Both the position numbers and the translations under genes were made by a program. Under the pieces are notes generated by a model. It saw nothing but the letters and a program-made list of their open reading frames with translations. It made no database searches and was not told where the DNA came from. DNA of 64,000 nt from Chrysomallon squamiferum. Its lineage: Eukaryota; Animalia; Mollusca. Location of the stretch: the NCBI GenBank assembly GCA_012295275.1, contig CM022671.1, positions 19,654,001-19,718,000 on the forward strand, in the 5' to 3' direction. Of the stretch, positions 13,342-25,305 are shown in pieces (within the stretch, counting starts at the first letter, position 1; every line of letters starts with the position of its first letter).

Positions 13342-16300
13342 ATGGTTCAGCTCATATTAAATCATCTTGTCAAACAGAGAAATCTGTTAGTTTTGACTTG
13401 GAAAATGGCCAATGCTGCTTCAAGTACCAGACTGGTCAGCAGTCTGGTCCATGACAAGGCTTACATTGATGGACAGTGGGTATCAGCCAAATCTGGAAAG
13501 ACATTTGAAGGTAAAATCACAAAAAAAGTATCATCCACTGTGGTAAATCTGGAATTGTCTTCTGAAACTTTATATTCTTGTTCTGGATGAGTTTATCAGC
13601 ACATCACATACCAATATATTTAACTGATATAATATAATTTGTCTTTTTGTGAGGTTATGAGATTGTGAATGTGAATGTGAGTGTATGTGTCATGGCCGTA
13701 ACAAGACTCATTTGAAGTGAGGCACAAACACTTAATCGCCAAGCAGAGCGGGGCAAAAATATTTTGAGGCAAGAGGTTTGGGGGCTGCATAAGGCTCCCA
13801 GAAGCACCAACTTGAAAGACTCAAAATCCTTGATTCTAGCCATTTATGTGTTGCTGTTTTTTTAAATAAAATTTTTGTATAAAAGAAATCAAGAAAAAAA
13901 GAGATAGTCTATTTCAGTATGAGGCATTTGCCTCAATGTAGTTACGGCCCTGTGTATCTGTGTGTGTTTGTGTGCTTGTGTGGATATGTGGGTGCATATA
14001 TATATATTGATCTGAATAGTATGAGAGAGAAAGACACTGTGAGAATATTGAGAAAATGAGAGAAAAAAGTTAGGAGAGCATGCATCCATTTTTGATATCA
14101 AATAAATATAATAAAACTCACTCGTGCTATATAATTTCATTCATTCATTTTTGTCAGTGACTTTACCAATATATATCTATTTTCAGTGATCAACCCATCA
14201 ACTGGCAAAGTTGTGGGTGTTGTCCCTGATATGGATGCTGAAGATGTAGACAGTGCTGTGGTGAAGGCCTATGATGCCTTCTGCTTATGGAAGGAGAAGA
14301 CAGCCAAGGTTTTTACCAAATTTAAATAAATGTTTTTATATGGTTAATTAATAAGCAAGATTTCAATTGATAGTTTTTGAGTGTGTTTTAATTGGAGATT
14401 TTGGATATGGTAGTAAATAATTTGACCATTATGGACAAATAATCCAGTCATTAAAATCTGTTAAAATTGTGACATACAGTAATTGTTTAATGACAACATT
14501 TTAAGTATGTGTGAGTGTGTATGTGTTTATTTGAATGTGTATATTTGCATGTGTATTTGGAAGTGCATCCATACATACATTATTTGTTAACATATAGTTA
14601 GAAAAATTTGTTATAAATATTAAGAATTTAAGTATTTATTAACTTGATTAAATTTCTTTAAAGCGACAAAACTATGCATGTAAAAGAAAACAATTAAAGA
14701 GTATTTCCAATATTGATTTCATGCAGAGCACTGAAGACACTTACAGAACCATTTGGAATAATAAGGATTGAGTTTAAAGTCACAAGACTAAATATAACGG
14801 CAGAACTTCTACTGTTGGTTGGTTTTTCTCACATTTTTAACAAAATAATTTTCCCTTTTTCACTGTTTATTTTTGGACTTCTTTATTAAATATCACTGGT
14901 ATGTGTTGAAATTAAACTAGATAATTTTCTTGTAGATTTTTATAATTTTCTTCTCTAAGTTAATAATTTGTATTGTTTTTATTTTGCAGGAGCGATCTAT
15001 CATCCTTCGACACTTTCACGACCTTTGCTGCCAACATCGAGAAAAACTTGCCCACCTGATAACTGAAGAAAATGTAATTGTAACATTTTGACTGGTAACA
15101 TGGTTTGAGCAAGACAAAATTAGTGTCAGTTACAATGTTACAATATAACAAGAATGACAAAAAGGAATTTTACATAATAATACATATAATTATAGATGTA
15201 ACTAGAAAAAACAAAACTGGCAATTTGTTACTACTACATGTTTAGCAGATTATCGTTCCTTTCTAAATGAATAATTTTCATTTATGCTTGATTAATAAAT
15301 ATAAAGATTAAACTTGTTATTTTTGTTTTCAGTTAATAGTCTTAGATAGCAGAAACCTTTTAATATATTTATTTCAAAATATATGTGTCTATTATTACAT
15401 ATGTGTAGCAATGTAGACCATTATTAAATTGTTATTAATATTTCTTTTTTTGTTTTCTTATATTTGACTCCAGGGCAAGCCACTGAAGGAGGCCAGGGGA
15501 GAAGTGGACTATGGAAATACTTTCACTGAGTGGTTTGCAGAAGAAGCCAAACGTGTGACAGGAGACTTGATTCCATCATCATCACGAACTAGCAGGCTCA
15601 TGGTTTTAAAACAGCCAATAGGAGTGTGTGGAATGATAACCCCGGTATACTTACAGTTTTGTTTTTTTATTATCTAACAATCTCAGATTGATTATTTATA
15701 GATCTATATTGTAGATATTTTCTTTCTTACATAGCTGTATTTGTTTTTTATACTATTTCTTAATGAGTTTTATTCATGAATATTCAAGTATATTATTCAA
15801 GGCAGTTTTTATTGTATCCAAAATAATGTCAATTCTTTTCACCATTATTTACTGTCAGTCAGAAATCCAGAATCATTTCATCTTGTTTTCTGTTCTTATT
15901 AAAAGAAAAAAATGTTACAAACACCAGTAAAAACATGTTGGACAGACAATCAGGAGGAAATCCTTATTCTGGGTAATCCTTATTGGCAGCATTTTACTAT
16001 TCGCTCTCAGTCATGTATGGAATGAATTCCTACCAATTTTTTTGTGTTTGCCTTTCAGTGGAATTTTCCATTTGCTATGATCACAAGAAAAATTGGTCCT
16101 GCTTTGGGAGTTGGTTGTTCCGTTGTTCTGAAGCCTTCAGAAGACACTCCTCTATCAGCCCTTGCTATTTGTGAGGTAATGTGTTAACATTAAGTGTACC
16201 TTTAGTAACATCTGTAGCAGTTACAATTTCATTATCTCACATATCTCTTCTACTGAGACCATATTGAGTTATTATGGAAATTCTGACAAAGTTTATCATG

Positions 16301-17217
16301 TTTTATCATGACAGTATCCGCATTGGTGCTAAAGAGGTTAAACATGTTAACCAGTGCAAGACATTATGCAGTGTTATGCTAGTGTATTAGAAAATAAGTT
16401 AAATTAGTCGGTATGTTCCTCTGACAACTCTTACTATATATCAACTAATGTGTTAGAGATGGAGAAAAGTAGAACAAGGAGGAGTATTTAGACTAGCAGT
16501 ATATCCCTGGTGTAAGTAACTGCTATATTGTGTGTAATTTTTTAGACACTGAGAAAAATTTAACAATGTTAAGCAAGCAAATCATTACTACTAATATTAT
16601 CACATGCAGAGGTTAAATAACAATGAGCTAATTTACAGAAAGTTGTACTTGTTACATTAGTTATATTAAAAATTTGCTTAGAAATATTTGTAGTGGAATT
16701 AAAATTGTCCAACTAGTTTAGCATTGTAGCCAGTACAATCCCTTTTATACTAAAATTTACCTTGTCAATAAATTTGATCTGAGAAAAAAGGAATTATTAC
16801 TTGTTTGTAGGACTGACATAATTTGTTTCAGATTGCAGAGAAAGCTGGATTGCCTAAAGGAGTGTTTAATGTGGTAACATGTTCACGAGAAAGAGCTGCA
16901 TCAGTGGGCAAAATTCTATGTGAACATCCCATGATAAAGAAAATTTCTTTCACAGGTTCAACTGTTGTTGGGAAAGTAAGTTAAAACATTTGAGATTGGT
17001 TACTTTTCTTTCTTTCTTTTCGTGTGGGTGTGAGTACAATGTAAATTTTGTTACTTTTGCTGATTTGTTATAAATATATTAAATGAATTCACAGTATTTG
17101 GTAAAGCATGTTAACAACTTGTTCTGACAAAGAAGTTTAATTATTATTTTTATAGAGATATATATTTTTTAAAAAACTGAATATATATATATATATTGCA
17201 GCTGGTACAAATATAAG

Positions 17218-17269
<52 letters not shown>

Positions 17270-20200
17270 CAAGCATTTGTGAAGATTTTTCTAATATAAT
17301 TTAGGATCTTGAAAAACAACAGAATTCCTTCAAAAGAATCTGAAAAGGGGCCGTAAATCCAATCACCTTGAACAAATAACAGTCATTTCTAGATATATGA
17401 ATGAAGATTCTTGATTCGTTTCATTAAATAGATGTGAAATTAAAAATATTTTTTTATTAATGTCAAATTCCTTAGCAAAATGCCGTTGTCAGTTGTTTTC
17501 CTGAAATTGCTACCAGTACACCCACAGTTTTTTAGATTTTGCAGCTAATACGTAGGATAAACAGATATAATAAAAGATCCTGTATTGCTAAATGATATAA
17601 TGCAAAAATTGTTTTATTTCTAAATCATTAGTAATAAAATATGCTAAAGAATTATTCAATAAATAGTTAATTGGTTCATTATGTTTGAATTTTACTCATT
17701 CCTGTCTGTTCTAGATACTTCTTCAGCAGAGTGCTAATACAGTGAAGAAAGTTTCTCTAGAGCTTGGTGGCAATGCTCCTTTTATTGTGTTTGACAGTGC
17801 CGATGTTGATGCTGCTGTTGCTGGAACATTAGCAAGCAAATTCAGGTGTTCTGGTCAGGTAATCATGTCAGTTCATCATTCTGTCTGGTAATATCATGTT
17901 CTTAGAGAATTAATCTCACATGTCTGTTTAGAAGCTTCAGAAAAAAGATTTTCATTTGATCGGAAAAATCAGGTTCTTTATAAATCATGATTATTCTTGA
18001 CCATATGTGGATTATTTCTCTGTATTCATTCATTTGCTGAATAAATATAGAGGTCATTATGCTGCAGCATTCATACACTCAGACCTATCTTCAACCAGTG
18101 TTTTGTTCTGTGCACTCAGTATTATCCTAGCAAAGTAGCTTATTTATTTTACTTTAAATGTAATCCCCAATGATAAAAATTATTATAAATTTTTTATAAA
18201 ATATTATTTCACCTACAAATATATATTGTGATTCCTGTCATTTATTTTATTTTTAATTTATGTACTATAGAGTTTCACATTCAGACATATTCATACTATT
18301 TTCTTCATAATTATTCCTTGAACTCATAATGTAATACTCATTTGCTGTTTCACAAGTGTCTATCAACTTATTTGACTAAGATTGTAGTATATATTTTTCA
18401 AAGATCACTTTTTGCTAAGAGTACAATGTAATGGATGTCATTATTCAAAAAATATTCATATATATTGACAACAGTAGTTTATAATAAAGTGTTGTTAAAA
18501 AAATATTCATTTTCTTTTTCAGTATTACTTCCATCTATTTTTTACTTTGTTCTCATACTCATATAATATATTATATTTTGTTATCTGTATATTACTGTTT
18601 TAATATATAGATAAATATAGATATATATACAGAGAGACAGATAGACAGACAGACAGACATAAATATATCTTGATTACAATATTTTATCATTTAGTTTTTA
18701 GTCAAACTTACATAATTATAATTTATATCTGTATTTACTGTTTTACTTACTAACTTGATGTTGGCATATTTATATATTTTAATACTTACAGACATGTATA
18801 TGTTGCAATAGAATTCTGGTACAAGAAGGAGTCTACAATGAGTATATTACTAAACTTGCTGAACAAATGAAACAACAATTGAAAGTCGGTGATGGATTTT
18901 CAGAAGACACAACACAGGGTCCACTAGTTAACAAAAGAGCTGTACAGAAGGTAAATGTAGTTTAGTTTGTACATTTTTCACTGGCTGAATATAGATCTAT
19001 TTAAAACAGAAATAAACATTAAAAATATACAAAATATCAATAAATGTTTTAAAAATGTAAACTATAAATCATTGCATAATATCTAAATAAATACATAAAT
19101 CAGATAAATGGATATAATATAAAGAAATATGCAAAATATAAGCAAATGCATAAAATATGTAAGAATAAAATAAAAATAAAAGAATATGGAAAATATAATT
19201 GAAAGTACAAAATTGTAAGATATAAATAAATCTGTAAAGTATGCAAAATATAAATGAATAAATGAATTTTCAGAAAAAATCCTGAACTGAGAAATCATGA
19301 AATTATACAAACACTGTTTTGGGATGGGGTTTTTTTGTTTCTTTTTATTTATTTTTTTTATTTTATTTTATTTTTTTAGTAAATTTTTGTTATTGTTTTT
19401 GGATTTATTTGTTATGTTGCTGATCTCCATTTATATATTCTTTTTTTTATTTATTTATTTATTTATTATTTTATTTGTTTGGGTTTGTTTTGTTTTTAGG
19501 TAGAGGAGTTAGTAAATGATGCCACCAAAAAGGAGCAAAGATTGTGCTGGGAGGCAAACGTCATGAAAAGGGAGGTAATTTCTTTGAGCCAACTCTGATG
19601 CAAGATGTCTCGCAAGAAATGCGATGTACAAAAGAAGAAATATTTGGGCCTATTGCTGGTGTTATGAAGTGAGTAATTTTAATATATATATTTATGTATG
19701 TATGTATGTTTCACATTTCATTAAGTTTTCATTAACATACAAACTTCATCTTCTAGTATTTAATTGTGTTCTACATCATTTCAAAGCAAAATTTTATTCT
19801 ATGAAAATTTTGAGAAGTTATGTTTGATTTCATCTTTTAAAATACCATAGTCAAATAATAATATGTTGTTTTAAGTTTAAAATGCACTTTTACTCTCTCT
19901 GCCATAGTTATTCTCATTATATGATCCAAACTAATATTTTGAATTTTGAAAAATTATTTTTCCAGATTTAAGACTGAAGAAGAAGCGGTTGCTATTGCTA
20001 ATGCAACAAATGTTGGTCTTGCAGGTAATAAAATGTTACAAAGAAAAGTATTTAATAAAAGTTTCACTTGATACTAGTTTAATTTACATTATTAACGAAG
20101 AATGGCAAAATTGATAAGACCAAGAAAATTATCATTCTTCCGTAACTTCTTTTGATATTAGATTTAATTTTCACTGCTGATAAAGAATGGCAAACAAAAA

Positions 20201-21111
20201 TTCACCCAAGGAAGCTGTCATTATTCCTTAATAAGTCTGATCATAATAGCAACATTGCTTATTTATCTTGCAAATGAATGATTCTTTCAAGGTTTATTTG
20301 ACATTTCTGTGTAGGATACTGATTTTACAAAATACTTGAAAATTGGAGATGCTATGCATTCATATTCTTGTATGTTATCATTAGGAAAGATTAGCCTCAG
20401 CTCTAAATATAAACGCTGACTTGGATGTATTAAAAAAAAAACATGTTTTTAAAGTGTATAAAGAAATGGTCAAAATAATTTCTTTATACTTTATGTTACT
20501 GTTTTATTATATTAATGAAAAACAAATTATAACAATAAAGTAACATTTGAATGTTGCTTTTTTAACCTTTCAAAGCTGCTGTTCTGAAATTATCATATAC
20601 ATAATAAAACAAAAGCTATAATTTATTTTCTGACAGCTCAGAAAGAAACCAGAGTCAATTAAAATGTCCTGCATAACATCATCACTACAGAAGAAAATGG
20701 CTGCTTCCTGATTTTTTCACCTCAACCCTTTTGTTGTTATACTTAATCATTGTTTGGACAGCAAAAAAAAAAACACAAATAAAATAAAACTTGGATTTAC
20801 ACAGAATATATTTATGCTATTTCTTTGTATCACCTAAGATACACTTTAAATTGTGTTGTTGTTTTTTTGTCATTATAAATATACTTTAAATATTTATTAC
20901 AGCTTATTTTTATTCACGAGATCTGGCTCAAGTATTTCGTGTCATGGAGAAACTGGAGGTTGGAATATGTGGTGTCAATGAGGGTTTGGTTTCCACAGTA
21001 CAGGCTCCTTTTGGAGGAGTGAAGGAGTCTGGAATTGGACGGGAAGGGGGCATACATGGAGTTGATGATTACCTTCAAATAAAATATGTGTGTCTTGGAG
21101 GGCTGAAATAA
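13342..21111 (+). CDS. ALDH5A1: Succinate-semialdehyde dehydrogenase, mitochondrial (SSADH), about 515 aa once the exon-9 frameshift is corrected
   Basis: Exons 13342-13510, 14187-14308, 14990-15073, 15474-15644, 16059-16175, 16832-16975, 17715-17858, 18792-18950, 19500-19668, 19966-20024, 20903-21111; all introns GT-AG. Motifs: [31 protein letters not shown] (catalytic Glu), GQTCICCNR (catalytic Cys), [21 protein letters not shown]. Exon 9 is 1 nt short. An alternative start is possible at ATG 13405. Confidence 0.95.
13691..13952. mobile_element. MITE (hAT/Tip100-like ends) in the first intron within the SSADH coding region
   Basis: TIRs CATGGCCGTAAC and GTTACGGCCCTG (11/12 inverted match), internal TGAGGCA subterminal repeats, flanks TGTATGTGT and TGTATCTGT. 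Confidence 0.7.
17220..17267. repeat. (GT)n microsatellite
   Basis: Visible directly in the sequence. Confidence 0.95.
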
Positions 21112-23507
21112 GCAGCATTAATGTTTGTGCATGAGAAAGATTATTTTATGAAAAAATAAGTTGTTATTTGAGAAAAAAATGTATTATTTGGGTAAACAGT
21201 GTTGATAATATTTTTTATTTGTTTTCTCTTCATTTTTGTATTCTTCTTTCTTCACTATTATATTATTAATATTAATATTATTATTGTTTTCATTATTAGT
21301 ATTAGTATTATTATTTACAGCTGACAAAACTAACAAAAAGTTTCTACTGAAGACTTACAAATCCAAGTTCTCAGATACATTTGAAGTGTGCACATGAAAT
21401 TAAAATTCAAATTTTGAAATCATATAGAATATGTATATAAATTAAGAAGGAACACTCCTAATCACTCTGGTATAAACTAACAATACTTATTTTTGAAGGT
21501 TCTATTTGTTTTTTATGTAAGTATTTTTTGATAATATTAATTTAAAAGATATTTGTTTTATTTTGATGTTTATTTCACATGTATGTATATGACAACATAT
21601 TCAAATTTCACTTAATTTTATACAAGAACACTCAGGTATGTATATCCTGATTAAGTGAAAACCACAACGATGTAAGTACATCAGAACATTTTTTTAAAAG
21701 CTTAGATAAAGAAGAAAAATTCATTTTGTTGTTTTTTCTTTTAATTTTATTATTAGCTATTAATGCAGTAAGTATCATTTTGTCAGTATAAGGATTTCTT
21801 CAGGGAATATTTGTTATAATTTTTAATTTTTAATTATGTTTTTGTTTTAATTATTTTATTTTATTTTATTTTTATTTTTTTTAGAAATGGAATTGTTTTT
21901 GTACATAATTATTAGCATCTGATGAAAATTACTGTGGTAGATTAGTGCAATAACAGTTGTAATCATTTTAGGTAATTTGCTCAGATTATTTATTACAGAT
22001 ATTATGATAATGTAAAAGTCTGAAATATGATACAAATTAAAGGTAATAAAGATTAAATATGTTTGTTGTGTTGTTGTTTTTGTCAGTTAAAATATATTCA
22101 TTATGCAGTATTCAGATGTAAATGACTTTGTATTAATAAAAAGATGAAAAGATGATTTTGATCGCATCAGACTATGTACATAACTCCAGATAAAAGCACA
22201 AGACAAAATTTCTTTTCTCTCTCTCTCTCTCTGGAATCATACAGAACTCCAAACAAAAACAATAATTATATAGAGATGTATATATGAATGTATTATTTGT
22301 ATGTTTAGTGTTTGGTTCATAGTCATGAGTAATAATGTAAAATAACAGTGTATCATGAGCTAAACTATAAAAGGTATTTTTAAAAGCACTGTATCATAAA
22401 ATTCTTGACTGGTCATGATTATATAGGTGAAAGCTATTGAAGTGTTTAATTTTTAACGTATCCATTTAATGTTTATATATATATATATAAATAAAACAGT
22501 GCGTAAAAAAGTAAAGTTTGTGAATAACTTCTATAAATAGGACATTTATAAAACGCAGATGCCTGAGATGGTATTTAAAAATCTGATTAATCACGAATTG
22601 CCGAGGTCATGTGTTTGTTAATAACACTTCCATTCTTGAATTAATGCTGCGCTAATTCTACAACGTTTCAGTTAAATTCTAGAACATTCTAAGTTCTGAT
22701 AAAAGAAAGAAGACGACTGTTTTTTCTTACCTTGGACAAGTTGGGGTGGGTTCTTCACTCGCGTGTCTGTGTTCTCATTATTTTTAAATAATTTCCAAAA
22801 CAAAAATAAATCTTCGATAAACTACGGAGAATTCATCGTTTCAAAATGGTAGTCTGGTGTCCAAGGTAAGTTTATTGAGTCTAAATTATATAAAAAATTC
22901 AAATTATCCATTTATCTAATAGTAATATTCTAATAATAGTCTGCCAAATTTCATACAAATATTTAGCGTATCAGATAGTTATTTTTGGACACCTAAATGA
23001 GAGATGTTCTTAGCAAACGACAAAAGAAAAAAGAAAACGACGCAGCTACAGCCGATGTTTTTTGAGTTCGATGTTTCGTTTATTGTATTTGTTATGTTTT
23101 AGCATTAAAACATAAAGTTCATTTCAATTTCCAAACAATGTATTTCGTTTCAAAAATTGCTACGAACAAAACTGACGCACGCTCCCGGTGACTTCATATA
23201 ATAATATCTCCCCTATTCCGGTTCCCTTAAACATCGTAAACTGTAACAATGTTAACTATAACACCATTTAAATACAACACGTTTGAGTAACCGAGACTTT
23301 ATATGATTATAAAGCAAGGAATATGTGTTGCGTTGTTTCTAAACCTATCAAAAACTCAGATATAGTTAATGCACACTGGTTTGATAATGTGAAATGTTAG
23401 ATCTGTTAAATGAAGACATAAGGAAAATGAACACTAATTAATGTTGTTAATTAACTTAAAAAAAAAAAAAAAAAAAAAGAATGTTAGCAAAAAAATTGAA
23501 TATGTAT

Positions 23508-23767
23508 TAGAACTCATCAGACATGAAAAATGCTTCATTTTTTTGTTGTTTTTTTATTTTTTATTTATTTTTAAATTATTATTTTTTTTTATTTATTTTT
23601 TTTTTTTTTTTTTTTTTTTTTTATATTTTTTTTGAGGTTTGTGTTTTAAAAAAATTCACAGAAACGCTTAAAAATTCTGTACAGCTTTAGAACTCATCAA
23701 AAGCTTCATGTATTTTGGATTAAAGCTTTTAGATTTTCAAGGTTTGTGTTTCAAAATGACAGAAACG
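23508..23767. repeat. Degenerate tandem duplication (2 copies)
   Basis: TAGAACTCATCA...GCTTCAT...AGGTTTGTGTTT...ACAGAAACG occurs from ~23508 and again from ~23688. The first copy has an expanded internal T tract. Confidence 0.7.
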
Positions 23768-24148
23768 ATTCACAGTTTCTCAGTAAATTATGAAGGACAA
23801 TTACCCGCAGATTTTATTCCGATAAAAATTCGTTACTTTATCAGTATCAGTGCTATCAAAGAGATCTTGGTGTTATTTTAATATGCATTTTTTTGCTCTT
23901 TCATTTAAATATAACAGTGTTTTATTTTGTTCATGCTGTAACAAATACTATTTTTAGTATAATCTGTTCAAATAGATTATTAAGGTGCCATTTTTGAAGA
24001 GAATATTTATTTAGTGAAATGCTTCTTTAAAAACGAATTAGTTCTGTTTGACTAAATTTGGAGGCAATGATAACGTAAATATAACTCTCACTATATTTAC
24101 ATATTTAAACATACATTCGTTACAATCACACATATATTACACGCAGTA

Positions 24149-24186
<38 letters not shown>

Positions 24187-24620
24187 AACACGTAAAATTA
24201 TATGTGTACATACATATAAACATAAAAAGACGAAAATACAGTAGAGATATGGAAATCTGTAATAATAAACAGCACTTTTGGAGAGAAATTTACCAAAGGT
24301 TGAAAACTAAAAGGGTTTAAAAATATTTATGTTTCCTGTATACAGATACCCTCTGAGAAATAAATTATTATTATTTGCTATAATTTACAGCTAATTTATA
24401 TTATACCAGGATTGTATGGTACTGATGGACTGAGGATACGGAAATTGTTATGTTCTCTCAGTTTATCGTGATATTTATTTATTTATTGTTTTGTTTTTGT
24501 TTTGGGTTTCTTTCTTCTTTCATTTTGTTCTTCTTTTTTTTTTTTTTTTTTTTTTTTGTTCGATTGTTTATTTGTTGGTTTGTTCTTTTCGATTATTATT
24601 ATTATTATTATTATTACTTT

Positions 24621-24663
<43 letters not shown>

Positions 24664-25305
24664 TTATTTATTTATTTATTTATTTTTATTTATTTTATTT
24701 TTTTTTTTTTTTTATGTGAGCGTTTCTTAAATTTCTCTCAACGAAATAATGTCACGGTAGAAAGCTAATGTCTTCCGTCAGGGTCAGGTATTGAGATAAG
24801 TTTCGATATGTTTTTGGTTATTATTTTATAATTAGTAAAAGTTAGTGTCAACACGTTGGGAATTCAATCGGAAATTTAAAAAATGGAGTATGCAAAATGT
24901 TGCATTTTATATATAAACCTGCTGTGTATAACAATTTGTAGAAATAAAATAAATAAAATAAAGGAATAAAGGTGCTCATTATCTGGTTTTAATTTATTTT
25001 TAGTCAGCAACATTTATAAAAAAAAAAAAAAAAAGAAAAATAAGTTATGGCCCTTCCAAGGTTGAGTCAGATTTTAGGCAGCCATAGACAATGCATTATG
25101 AACAAGATTTTTGAGTTGCAAAAACCAAAATGTGCAAGCATTGGCTGACGTACAGCCTGTATCAAGACAAACGTTGATGATTTACATCTCATTTTCGGCC
25201 CATGCAGTTGGAAATTTCTTCTGATTTTGTTCAGCAAGCTGAAAATCGAATTTTGTTAGCGTCATAGGATCCATTAGGAATATATGTAAATATATGTATA
25301 TTTAT

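Noticed and set aside
16190-16341. piggyBac-like end AAAGAGG|TTAA in an SSADH intron
   Set aside because: No convincing left TIR with TTAA was found.
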